Shown here: positions 1 through 10,900 of the stretch, piece after piece
Numbering within the stretch: the stretch's first letter is position 1
Layout: each line of letters opens with the position of its first letter
Source: Candidatus Saccharicenans sp.
Lineage (GTDB): Bacteria > Acidobacteriota > Aminicenantia > Aminicenantales > Saccharicenantaceae
Reading direction: 5' to 3'
Assembly (NCBI GenBank): GCA_030017715.1
Contig: JASEIU010000004.1
Location: forward strand, 139,456 to 203,455
DNA length: 64,000 bases
Notes under the pieces: generated by a model
Databases searched by the model: none
What the model was told of the DNA's origin: nothing
What the model saw: the letters and a program-made list of their open reading frames with translations, nothing else
Program-made: the position numbers and the translations under genes

Positions 1-886
1 TATACCACCGCTCCCGGGGATTGAACGGGAAGGAATCTTTACCGTTCGGACGCTGGATGATGTCCTGGAGTTGCTGGATTTTGTCAGTTCCAGACCCGAA
101 ATTGTGGTCCTGGGCGGAGGTCTTCTCGGCCTGGAAATTGCCAGGGCCCTGAACCACAGAGGCCTGGAAAAGGTGTCGGTGGTTGAGGTTTTCAGCCGCC
201 TGCTGCCCAGGCAGCTGGATGAGACCGGGTCCGGGTTGCTGAAGTCTCGCCTGGAAGGTATGGGCCTCAGATTTTTCATTGGACGGGAAGCCTCAGAAAT
301 TCTCGGCGACGGCCGGGTAAACGGGATCCGCTTTAAGGACGGGGAGATAGTCAAGGCTGGAACGGTCATTGTCGCTTCGGGCGTTAAGCCGAGACTGGAC
401 CTGGCCCGGGAGGCCGGGCTGGCTTGCGGGCGCGGGGTGATAGTCGACGATTACTTAAAAACCAGCCGCGATCGGGTATATGCTGCCGGCGACGTGGCCG
501 AGCACCGGGGCAAAATCTATGGACTGATTCCGGCCGCTTTTGACCAGGCTCGTACCCTGGCCTTTAACCTCTGCGGCCAGCCGAAGATATACGAAGGCAC
601 CATCCCGTCCAGCACCCTCAAAGTGGCCGGTCTTTACCTGACCTCCATCGGGCTGGTTAACCCGGAGCCTGCAGATTATGAGATTCTGACCATGAATAAA
701 CCCGAAGCCGGTGTTTATAAGAAACTGGTGCTGAAAGAAAATACGGTCGTTGGAGCCATCTGGTTCGGCACCAGGAAGGGAACTCAGGAAATCAGCCGGC
801 TGATCCAGTCGGGGAAAGGAATCGGGGAGTTCAAGAACGAGATTCTGGCAGAGGATTTTGATTTTTCCAGGATTTTTCGGGATTGA
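1..886 (+). CDS. FAD/NAD(P)-dependent pyridine nucleotide-disulfide oxidoreductase, 5'-truncated by the window edge (C-terminal ~290 aa)
   Basis: The reading frame is open from nt 2 (..IPPLPGIEREGIFTVRTLDDVLE..) into ORF 71..886. It contains the Rossmann motif VVLGGGLLGLEIARAL and the AAGDVAE motif typical of NADH oxidase, rubredoxin reductase and nitrite reductase-type flavoproteins. Confidence 0.7.
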   Translation, partial: IPPLPGIEREGIFTVRTLDDVLELLDFVSSRPEIVVLGGGLLGLEIARALNHRGLEKVSVVEVFSRLLPRQLDETGSGLLKSRLEGMGLRFFIGREASEILGDGRVNGIRFKDGEIVKAGTVIVASGVKPRLDLAREAGLACGRGVIVDDYLKTSRDRVYAAGDVAEHRGKIYGLIPAAFDQARTLAFNLCGQPKIYEGTIPSSTLKVAGLYLTSIGLVNPEPADYEILTMNKPEAGVYKKLVLKENTVVGAIWFGTRKGTQEISRLIQSGKGIGEFKNEILAEDFDFSRIFRD

Positions 887-926
887 TTGTCAAGAACTTT
901 TGTGACCGGATAAAAAGGAGCGCATC

Positions 927-1940
927 ATGTCCAGACCGAAAATGCTGTTTTTGCTGTTTTGCGTCTTCTGGCTGTCAGCCAGCCTGGCTGCTCAGGTTAA
1001 AGCCGGCGGCTATTTTTCTTTTGAATACCTGAAGAGCCAGCCTGAAGGCTTGTACTCCAGGGGGACTTTTTCCAATTTCTACGGTGGCCTGTTCGTTTCG
1101 GGGCTCATCTACGGCAGCTTGAGCTTTTCGGTTGAGGGCCGGCTGGACTCACATCAGAATTTCAACCTGGCCCAGGCCTATATCAACTTCCAGGGCAGCC
1201 AGCTGATAGGTCTGAAGATGGGCCTGTTTGAAATTCCGTTTGGCCGTTTCAACAGCTCGGCCCGGCCTCATGAAAATCCCACGGTTTTCAGGCCTCTGGC
1301 TTTTCACTTTTTCCCTTACCGCTGGCATGACCTGGGAATCTGTCTCCAGGGCAATTATGCTATTTTTTATTATTCGGCCTATATAATAAACGGGCTGTCG
1401 GCCGACAGCCGGGGCTACCTGGAAACAGGATTCGCCGACCCCAACAAGGATAAAGGGATGGGCGGCCGCCTGGGTTTGCGCTTCGGCGAGGGCGTTGAGT
1501 TTGGCGGCTCCATTTACAACGGAAAATACGACCCGGACGGGACCAAAGATGTTCAGTTTCGCGGCCTGGACCTGCTCTGGCTGACTCCGGAGTGGGAAGT
1601 CAGGGGCGAATACCTTCAGGTGGTTTATGACCATCCCACCCTTAACCAGAAGATTAATTTTGAGGGCTATTACCTGACCGTCAGCATGCTTTTTAAGAAT
1701 TTCCGGCTTTATTACAGTTACCAGCGATCCGACCTGCCGCAGAATGTCATCGATGACTACCAGGCCCCGCCGCTTAATATTTTCCTGGAGACCATGGTCA
1801 AGAAAACCCGATCGGCCGCTGGACTGAAATGGGATGCGGCCGGAAATTTTTACGTCAAGCTGGAATATGACTGGAATAAAGAAAAAGAATTAAAGCTAAA
1901 AGACAACATTCTTTCGGTTCAGGTCGGTTTTGCCTTCTGA
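927..1940 (+). CDS. putative outer-membrane beta-barrel (porin-like) protein
   Basis: An RBS (aaaggag) precedes the ATG. The N-terminal signal peptide is MSRPKMLFLLFCVFWLSASLAAQVKA. The sequence shows amphipathic alternating beta-strand character, and the C-terminus is aromatic (..VQVGFAF) as in outer-membrane proteins. Confidence 0.5.
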   Translation: MSRPKMLFLLFCVFWLSASLAAQVKAGGYFSFEYLKSQPEGLYSRGTFSNFYGGLFVSGLIYGSLSFSVEGRLDSHQNFNLAQAYINFQGSQLIGLKMGLFEIPFGRFNSSARPHENPTVFRPLAFHFFPYRWHDLGICLQGNYAIFYYSAYIINGLSADSRGYLETGFADPNKDKGMGGRLGLRFGEGVEFGGSIYNGKYDPDGTKDVQFRGLDLLWLTPEWEVRGEYLQVVYDHPTLNQKINFEGYYLTVSMLFKNFRLYYSYQRSDLPQNVIDDYQAPPLNIFLETMVKKTRSAAGLKWDAAGNFYVKLEYDWNKEKELKLKDNILSVQVGFAF

Positions 1941-2029
1941 AGGCTTTATGACGGTTCTGAAATCTGATAGAATAGCTCGGGTTTTTTCCGCTGACATAAT
2001 TTAAGAGATTGCTTGTTAAGGATAACACC

Positions 2030-3352
2030 ATGGCCAATCTTCTGGTTCTCGGCACCCAGTGGGGAGATGAAGGCAAAGGCAAAGTGGTCGATTTTCTGGC
2101 CCCGGCTTTTGAGATTATTGCCAGATATCAGGGCGGACATAATGCCGGCCATACCGTATATCTTCAAGGGAAAAAGATTGTCCTTCATCTGATTCCATCC
2201 GGCATCCTTCACCCGGATAAAGTCTGTATCATCGGCAACGGACTGGTGGTCAGCCCCCAGGCCTTTTTCAAAGAGCTGGAAGACCTGAAGGCGCTGGGAG
2301 TGGAGGTCGGACCCGAGCGGCTGCTGGTCAGCCGGGCGGCTCAGGTCATAATGCCCTATCATCCGCTGCTGGAAAAGATAGCCGAGACCAGCCGCGGCCA
2401 GAAAATGATCGGGACCACCTGCCGGGGCATCGGTCCCTGCTATGAAGACAAAGCCGCCCGCTGGGGGATCAGAGTGGCCGACCTGCTGGAGCCGGATGTC
2501 CTGAGAGAAAAGATTGTGGACAGCCTGGCCCTGAAGAACAGAATTTTCGAGGCCTTCGGTTATCCGCCGCTGGCCGCGGAGTCGATTCTGGCTGAATACC
2601 TGTCTCTGGGTGAAAGGTTGGCGCCTTACGTGGCCGATGTTTCATTGTTCCTGTCCGAACAAATCAGGGCTGGGAAATCGGTCCTGTTTGAAGGAGCTCA
2701 GGGCGCACTGCTGGACCTCGACCACGGGACCTATCCTTTCGTCACTTCCTCCAGTTGCACCGCCGGCGGAGTCTGCACCGGACTCGGTCTGAGTCCCAGG
2801 GAAGTAAACGGCGTTCTGGGAATAACCAAAGCCTATACCACCCGGGTGGGCAGCGGCCCGTTTCCCACCGAGCTCAAGGATGAGGTCGGGGCCAGGATCG
2901 CCCGTAAGGGCGATGAGTTTGGAGCCACTACCGGCCGCCCCCGAAGATGCGGCTGGTTTGATGCCGTGGCCGTGCGTTATGCCTGCCGGATTAACGGGGT
3001 GGACCTTATTGCCCTGACCAAGCCCGATGTCCTGGAAGAATTGACCGAGGTCAAGGCCTGTTATGCTTATCGTTACAAGCGAACGGTCCTCAAGGATTTT
3101 CCTTCCGAACCGTGGATTCTGGAGAAGGTTGAACCGCAATACCGCAGTTTTCCCGTCTGGACCCGTTCGATTCACCGGGCCCGGGATTTTTCCGGTCTGT
3201 CGGCCGGGTTCCTGGATTATCTGAAGTGGCTGGAAGATAACCTGGAGACAAGAGTCGGGTTGATTTCGACCGGCGTTGACCGCGAGGACATCATCTGCCG
3301 GCGGGATGAGTTAGAGAAGGTCCTGGGAGAGAAAGCCCGGCTTCTGGGCTGA
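2030..3352 (+). CDS. purA: adenylosuccinate synthetase
   Basis: The P-loop GTQWGDEGKGKVVD and GHTV, TTGRPRRCGW motifs are present. The start is taken at the internal ATG (MANLLVLGTQWGDEGKGK); ORF 2009 begins with an upstream TTG. Confidence 0.92.
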   Translation: MANLLVLGTQWGDEGKGKVVDFLAPAFEIIARYQGGHNAGHTVYLQGKKIVLHLIPSGILHPDKVCIIGNGLVVSPQAFFKELEDLKALGVEVGPERLLVSRAAQVIMPYHPLLEKIAETSRGQKMIGTTCRGIGPCYEDKAARWGIRVADLLEPDVLREKIVDSLALKNRIFEAFGYPPLAAESILAEYLSLGERLAPYVADVSLFLSEQIRAGKSVLFEGAQGALLDLDHGTYPFVTSSSCTAGGVCTGLGLSPREVNGVLGITKAYTTRVGSGPFPTELKDEVGARIARKGDEFGATTGRPRRCGWFDAVAVRYACRINGVDLIALTKPDVLEELTEVKACYAYRYKRTVLKDFPSEPWILEKVEPQYRSFPVWTRSIHRARDFSGLSAGFLDYLKWLEDNLETRVGLISTGVDREDIICRRDELEKVLGEKARLLG

Positions 3353-3372
3353 GCTTTGAGGAGAGGATAAAA

Positions 3373-4530
3373 GTGGCCAGGAGCAAAGTCCATCAATTTC
3401 CGGTTCAGTGGGTGGAAATCAGCCGCCAGGCCTTCTTAAATAACGTTCAGGAATTCAAGAACAGGCTTGGCCAGACCGGGCTGCTGGCCGTGGTCAAGGC
3501 CAATGCTTACGGGCACGGCCTGGCGGAAATTGCCGGGCTGGCTGCCGGGGCCGGAATCGAATGGTTTGGAGTGCACAGTCTGGAAGAGGGGTTGAGCCTG
3601 CGTCAGAAGGGTTTTTACCAGAAAATTCTCATCCTGGGATATCTGCCGCTGGTGGGCGCCGAGGAAGCCGTCCGGGCAGAGCTCAGGTCAACCGTTTACA
3701 ATCTGGAAACTTTAAAGGCTCTGGCCGCGGCCAGTCGAAAGCTGAAAAAGCGGGCCCTGGTTCATCTAAAAATTGAGACAGGCACCAACCGTCAGGGAAT
3801 TGGCCTGAACAAACTGGGGAGTTTTATAAAGCTGCTGAAAAAGACCCCGGAAGTGGTGCTGGAAGGCATCTCTTCCCATTTTGCCAATATCGAAGATACC
3901 ACCGACGATTACTATCCCCGCTACCAGCTCGAAAATTTTCTCCAGGCCGTAAAATATCTGGAAAACAACGGAATCAAGGTTCCGGTGCGGCACATGTCCT
4001 GCTCGGCCGCAGCTATTCTTTTTCCGGAAACGTACTTTAACCTGGCCAGGGTGGGCATCGGTCTTTACGGTCTCTGGCCGTCCAGAGAGACTATGGTTTC
4101 CTGCCGGCTTCGAGGTCAGTCGCCGCTCAGGCTGAAGCCGGTTTTGAGCTGGAGAGCCCGGGTAGCTCAGATCAAGAATGTTCCCCGGGGAGCATACATC
4201 GGTTACGGATGCACTTATCGGACGACCAGACCAACCCGGCTGGCAGTTATCCCGGTGGGTTACTATGATGGTTACGACCGGGGATTATCCAACTCGGCTT
4301 ACGTCCTGGTGAAAGGGAAAAGGGCCCAGGTCAGAGGCCGGGTCTGTATGGATTTCATCATGGTAGATATCACCGATATTCCCGGCGTCCGACTGGAAGA
4401 CCCGGTGACGCTCGTTGGAACCGAAGGCCGGGAAAAAATCACTGCCGATCAGCTGGCTGCCCTGGCCGGCACCATCAGCTATGAAATGGTAACCAGAATT
4501 AACCCGCTCATTCCCAGATTTATCGTCTAG
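3373..4530 (+). CDS. alr: alanine racemase
   Basis: The PLP-binding signature AVVKANAYGHG is near the N-terminus. Length (~385 aa) and C-terminal domain are typical. A GTG start is preceded by ggagaggataaaa. Confidence 0.9.
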   Translation: MARSKVHQFPVQWVEISRQAFLNNVQEFKNRLGQTGLLAVVKANAYGHGLAEIAGLAAGAGIEWFGVHSLEEGLSLRQKGFYQKILILGYLPLVGAEEAVRAELRSTVYNLETLKALAAASRKLKKRALVHLKIETGTNRQGIGLNKLGSFIKLLKKTPEVVLEGISSHFANIEDTTDDYYPRYQLENFLQAVKYLENNGIKVPVRHMSCSAAAILFPETYFNLARVGIGLYGLWPSRETMVSCRLRGQSPLRLKPVLSWRARVAQIKNVPRGAYIGYGCTYRTTRPTRLAVIPVGYYDGYDRGLSNSAYVLVKGKRAQVRGRVCMDFIMVDITDIPGVRLEDPVTLVGTEGREKITADQLAALAGTISYEMVTRINPLIPRFIV

Positions 4531-4990
4531 TCCGGTCCGGAAAATTAACATATACGGTTCGGCACCCTATTAACTGATGGCAAGAAAAATTTTCGCCTGA
4601 ATTTCTTCATAATTTTATGATATTTAGAGACCAGTTTGAAAGCCTGGCCGGGAAGTCAGGCCAAAAAATATCTTCCGGCTGTTTTGAATAACCCCGACCC
4701 GGACCCGAGGTGAAGCCGTATGTCGCTTCAAACTGCGGAGGATGGTTCGGCCTTTATCCTGCCGTCTAAAGCTTGAGGGCTGCGCAGCCTGTCAGCCGGC
4801 TGGCCCGGTTCTTCCGGCTGCGAGCCGGCCGGAATTTAAGAATTACGAATCACCGAGAAGACCCGGGAACAGGCTGCCGGGCCAAGGATTCCAAAACCGG
4901 GCGGATCGGACCTGAAAACCTGAACTCAAATCCCCGCCTGTCGGTAATCATTCAAGTTGAATCCGCTTATGGTCTCCGCTTATAATTCGG

Positions 4991-7900
4991 GTGATGAAAA
5001 AAGATGATAACACCCCAAAGAGGAAAAAGAGAAAATTTATAAGAACGGCTGTCCGGATCCTGCTCGGACTGGTCTTAATTCTGATTTTTTCCGGTTTGTT
5101 TCTGCAGACTCCCTGGGGCGGGAAACTGGTTCTGAGGAAAGCCGGAAACATTCTGAGAGAGAAGATGGGTCTGAGCCTGCAGGCCGACAGCTTGAAACTG
5201 AATATCTTCAGGCTAAAAGCAGCTCTGTCCGGTCTGAAGATAAGCCCGGCCGGGAAAAGTATACTGCCGGTGGAATTTATCAGCGCCGACCGGATTATTT
5301 TTCAGACCGGCTGGTCAACCATCACCGGCGGCCAGCTCAGAATTAAAGACCTGGAAATAATAAATCCGATTGTCAAATTGAAATCTGGCCAGCCCGGGCC
5401 TGAAGACCGCCAGCCAACCCCGGCCCCTCCGACACCGGAAACCGGAGCGGCTGGCATTTCTTTTCGCATCGATCATTTCCGGCTGGAGCGGGGGGCTTTT
5501 TCCTTTGAAAAACCGGCCACCCCGTTATCCATGAAACTTATCGGTCTGGAGGCCTCAGTCCAATTTGATGAGGACAGCCATTTTCATCTGGCTTCCCTGG
5601 AGGGAAAATCGGGCTCTTTGCTTTTTGGCCGGGGCCAAGCTGAAATCACCGGACTGGAAGTCAAAGCTGCCTTCAACCCGGATACAATCAGGCTGGACAG
5701 AATTTCTCTGGCCGCTGATAATGCCGCCCTCAATATTCATGGAACGGTGGAAAATTATCTTGAAAATCCAGAGCTCAACCTGAAAACCGACGGCCGCCTT
5801 GCCCTGTCGGAACTGGCGGCGATGATATGGCCGGGCCAAAAACTCGGCGGCCAGTTGAGCTGGGAACTTGGCCTGACGGGAACTGCAGCCCGGCCTGAAA
5901 TCACCGGCGGCCTTAAAATTCCCGACCTTGAAATTTATGACCTCAAGCCGGTTGACCTTAGCCTCGATATTTCTCCCTCGAGAGAAGCCGCCCACCTGGT
6001 GAAGGCGGATGTAAGTTATAAGTGGGGGCGGATGCATCTGGCGGGCACCCTGCCGCCCGGACTGAAGGGTAACCTGGAGGCTTCCTTAAGTCTGCAACGG
6101 CTTGACCTCAGGGCGCTTCAGGCGCTTTTGCCCGATTTTCCGGTTGAGCTGGCCTCGGAAATAAGCGGTCGGCTGGAATTTGAAGCCCGGGAGCTATCTG
6201 CCGACGCAATTTCGGGCCTGGCCGAGCTGAAGCTTGAGCCAACCGTTCGGTCCGGGGAGGCGGAGAGCCGACCTGCCGTTCCTGTTTCCGGCGACCTGAG
6301 TCTTTCTTATTCTGACGAAACGCTAAAGGTAAATAAACTCAACCTGGCTCTGCTGAATTCCCGGCTGGAGGTCCGCGGAAAGCTCGAATCGCTGGAAATA
6401 ATATCCGGACAGTTGACCTGGAGATTAGATGACCTGAAAGCTATAATTCAGGCCATAAAATCAAGCGGTCTTCCAAAAATGGCCGTAGGGCTGGAACAGC
6501 AGCTGTCTACCCTGGACGGGCTGAGCGGTTCGGTTCTCCTGGAGGCGCGCTTTTCGGGACAGCTCAACCGGCCGCAATTCAGCCTGGCCCTTGACGGCCA
6601 GAACCTGGGGTACGGCCAGGTTGGCCTGCCGTATCTAGAAATAAAGGCAGACGGGAACCCTGAGAAGATAAATCTCCGTCAGCTTCTCGTCACACTTGAC
6701 CATGGCCGGATAACAGCGGCCGGCGTTTTCCAGGAATTGAAGGCATCTCAAGGGACTGTTTTCAGGCTGGACGGCCGGCTGGATATATCAGACCTTGATT
6801 TATCTCAGTTTTCAGGACTTCTGGCTGAAGAAAACCGGCAGTACTTAAACGGCCTGCTTTCAGGTAAGGTGAACCTGGCCGGAACCACTGCCCGTCCCGG
6901 GGCCGATTTTCAACTGCAGGTCGCCGGGACCGAGGCCGGCACCCTGAAGCTGGAAAGCCTGGAAATTTCGGGAGAGTACAGCCCGGATGAATTGAGTTTC
7001 AATAAAATTGACCTCCGCCTCGGCCAGGAAAGCCAGCTTCAGGGCAGGATAAGTTTCCGGCCGCGATCAGGAGATGTAAGGGTCGAGCTGGAGGGTCGAA
7101 AATTAAAAGCGACTCTGTTTCAGTCGTGGCTGCCGGCACTGACATCGGGATTACTGGACCTGAAGCTCAGCGCCGTCGGACCCTGGAAAAACGCGGTGGC
7201 TGACCTGACAATAACCGGTCAGGGCTTTATGATTGACAGGATCTGGTTTCCGTACTTTGAACTGAAGGCTGACTCAGATGGCCATCTGGCCAGGGCCAGG
7301 CTTAATGTCCCCAGATTTAATCTGAGTCTGGAAACCGGGATGGAATTAAAAGAGCCCCATCTTCTTTCAGGGCTTATTCAGGTCAGGGACCTGCCACTCT
7401 CGGCCCTGGCCGGGTTGCTGCCGGAGGTGGAGGAAACCAGCCCGCTGGTTGCCCTGAGCGCTGTCACCAGGTTTTCATTGCCGCTGAGCAGCCCGGAGAA
7501 GCTGGAGGCCGAGTTTAAGTTCGAGAATTTCGATTTTGCCGGACTGGCTGTGCTGATGCCCTCTCTGGAGAGCCTCAAGCCAGGAGGCCGGGCTGACGGT
7601 CGGCTGGAATTAAAAGGATTTTCATCGGACCTGAAAGGGACGGAACTTGACCTGGAAATTCCTTCCCTTAACCTGCGGCTCGGCGGCAATGAAATCAGGA
7701 ATGAGGGGCCGCTTGCTATCCAGCTGAGGGAAGGAAAACTTCGGGTGGGCAGCTTTATCCTGAACTCCGGCCGGTCAAGATTCAGCCTCGGAGGCGGAGC
7801 CGAATTAAAAGACCCGAAAAATCCTGCCCTGGATTTTACTTTGAAGGGAGACCTGGACCTGTCTGACTTTGGCTCCTGGCTGTCCGGAATGCAGGTCGGA

Positions 7901-10900
7901 GGAAAATTGCAGCTTCAGACTGTGGTCAGGGGCGACCTCGAGGAGCCACTGATTGAAGGCTCAGGGACGATGGAAGAAGTGTTTTTGAGAATGCAGGACC
8001 TGCCCCTTATTCTGAGCAGCGCCAGCGCCAGGTTCAGGGTTGATAATTCACAGCTGGTGCTGGACAGCCTGACCGGGCTGGCCAACTCAGGCAGTTTTTC
8101 CGGCTCCGGCCGGGCTGTATTCGGACAGAATTTCTCGCTGACCTCGGCCAGAATTGATTTCAATCTCCGTGATTTTGATTTCAATTATCCGCCGGGCTTA
8201 AGCAGCCTGTCCGAAGCCAGCCTGGTTCTGAGCAAAGACCGGCGGGGCTGGGCTCTTGCCGGCGACCTTTCCATCCTTAACGCCAGCTACCGACAGGATT
8301 TTTATCCGAGCACTCAGGGCCTGAAGATGGCGTTGAGCAAAGTCTCTCCGGTCGGAACAGAATACCCGGCTTTTCTTTATGACCTACCGCTTGATATCAA
8401 TATCAGGACCATCGAGAACATAATAATCAAAAATAACCTGGCCGACCTGGAACTAAAGGCCAATCTGAACCTCAAGGGGACGATTCCCGCGCCCATTCTT
8501 TCTGGACGGGCTGAAAACGCCTACAGCGGCGAACTGATTATTGGCGAGCGAAAGTATGCCGTGGAGAGGCTCCGGGTGGACTTTCTCGGCCGGGAAAATC
8601 TCGAACCCAACCTGGACATCTTTCTTAAGAGCACGGTCTATGACCTGGAGGAAGAAGTTGAAGTCAGCCTGGTGATGTCGGGAACTCCGTCCGACTTAAA
8701 ATTCTCGCTGACCTCAGTTCCGTCCAGGTCGCAGGAAGACCTGGCCTCGCTTCTCCTGACCGGGAAAAGCCTGCGCCAGGTTCAGGGTTCTGCCCTGAAT
8801 ACCATCAGCGGACAGCTGGTCCAGCATTTTTCCAGCCCCCTGACTTCGCCCGTGACCAGGACCCTGAAAAAATGGCTGAAAGCGGAGGATGTGATCCTGG
8901 AGCCCCTGAATATCGCCACCCTTCAGGACCCCGGGGCCAGACTGACTGTCAGGAAAAGGATGACCAGAGACTTTGCCGTGACTTATTCCATCGACCTGAC
9001 CAACAGCCAGTACCAGACCTGGATTCTCGATTACCGCTTGAAACGGAATTTTTCGACCCGGGCCTTCCGCCGCGACGACGGAGTGGTCGGCTTGAACCTC
9101 AGGCACAGGCTCAATTTTGGACAGACGGCAAAAAGCGGTGGTCAGGCGAAAATCATAACCAAACAGTTGAGCCGGATTGAAATCAGCGGAGAAACTATTT
9201 TCTCCGAAGAACAGCTGACCGGGGTTGTGAAATTGAAGCCGGGGCGCAGGTACCGGACCTCCGCCATCCGGCAGGCCCGGAACCGCCTGGAAGCTTTTTA
9301 CCGGAAACAGGGCTATCTGAATGCCAGGATAGAGGATGAGGTAATCGAACAGGATGAAAACAATCTTGACTTGAAATTTTACATCCAGGCCGGTCAGCCA
9401 GCCGGATTCAAGTTCACTGGAGATAAGCTCCCGGCCAGAGTCAGAAAAAAAGCCATTAATTCCTGGGTCGGACGACTGCCAGAAGAAGCCAACCTTTATC
9501 AGCTGAAAGCTGTTCTGCTCAACGAACTTAACCGGCGGGGTTATTATAAGGCAGAGGTCAACCTGGTCAGAAAGCCCGAAAAAGGTCAAGTCCTGTACGA
9601 AGTTTCAACCAGACTTAACGGCCGCTGGAAGGTCGGAAGTTTCAAGCTGTCCGGGGACCCGGTTTTCAGGGAACCGGTTATCAGAAAAATCGTTTCTGAC
9701 TATTTTGGGGCCAGGGCCAGAGGGCTATGGAACCTGGTCTATGACCGCAAAATAGCCCTGGAGCTTATAGAATACTTTTATCAGGAAAACGGCTACCTCT
9801 CACCGAAAATTGAAGCCCCGGTGATAGAAGAGAATGACCGGAAACGCCTCCTGGACCTGACCTTGAAGATTGAAGCCGGGCCCAGAAGCCAGGTCGATTC
9901 TCTGGAAATAACCGGAAACTCCAGCTTCCAGACGGCCGAGCTGACTCGGATTTTGAACCTTCAGCCCGGCAGCGTTTTTAGCTGGCCGGCACTAAATGAG
10001 GATCGAACCGTTCTTCAGAACCGCTACCGCAGCGCCGGCTATAAGGATGTCAGGGTGGAGATAGAAGCCAGGCCGGCGGGCGAAAAGGCTGATTATGAAG
10101 TTAAAATCAATATAGAGGAAGGGCCTGTTTACACCATTTCCGGCATCGACGTTGAGGGAGCCAGGCGCACCCGGAAATCTTTTGTCCTGAAGGAAAGCGG
10201 CCTCAAGCCGGGCGAGCCGGTTAGCCTGGAAAAGCTGGCCCAGGCCCAGAAAAATCTCTATGATGCCACCAGCTTCCAGGCGGTAAATGTTTCCTCTGAA
10301 GCCGAGAGCAGCCCCGGGCACCAGGAGAAAGTCCGGGTCAGGGTCCTGGAAATGCCCTGGCTAAGCCTGACCTACGGTCTTCAGTATAACACCGATACCA
10401 GATTCGAGGGTTTTACCCAGTTTGATTTTAACAACCTCTTCGGTCGGGGATGGCATAGCTTGCTGTATTTCAGGGCCAACCAGAGACAGCAGGACGCCCG
10501 GGCCTCGCTCAAGATACCTTACCTTTTCGGCCGCAAGCTGGACTCGCTGCTGTCGCTTTTTTATCTGAAGGATATTAGAGACCTTTACATTACCGAGGAA
10601 ATAGGGGCCAGTTTTCAGCAGAAAATCATGATTGTCCGGGGATTTGACCTGAGCTGGGTATACCGTCTGAGCCGGATCCATGATTATGAACAGGAGCCTT
10701 CCTGGCCTTTTCCTTATGATATCAGGGTCACCAGCTCCGAGCTCTCCCTGCTGCTCAGTCGGGACACCCGCGACGACCGATTCGACCCCCGACATGGCAG
10801 CCTGCTGACTGGAAGCTTGAGCTATGCCCCGCGCTATCTCGGCTCCGACCTGAATTATGTCCGTTCTTTTACCCAGTTCACCATGTACAGGTCGGTTCTG

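Noticed and set aside
4773-4985. 70-aa Arg-rich ORF in the alr-tamB spacer
   Set aside because: It has low-complexity Arg/Pro/Gly composition typical of GC-rich noncoding DNA, with no RBS and no motif.
5555-10795. Several minus-strand ORFs of 100-290 aa inside the TamB-Omp85 gene (for example 8714..9589 and 10361..10795)
   Set aside because: They are antisense to a 2111-aa ORF with clear domain signatures. They are typical GC-rich antisense open frames.
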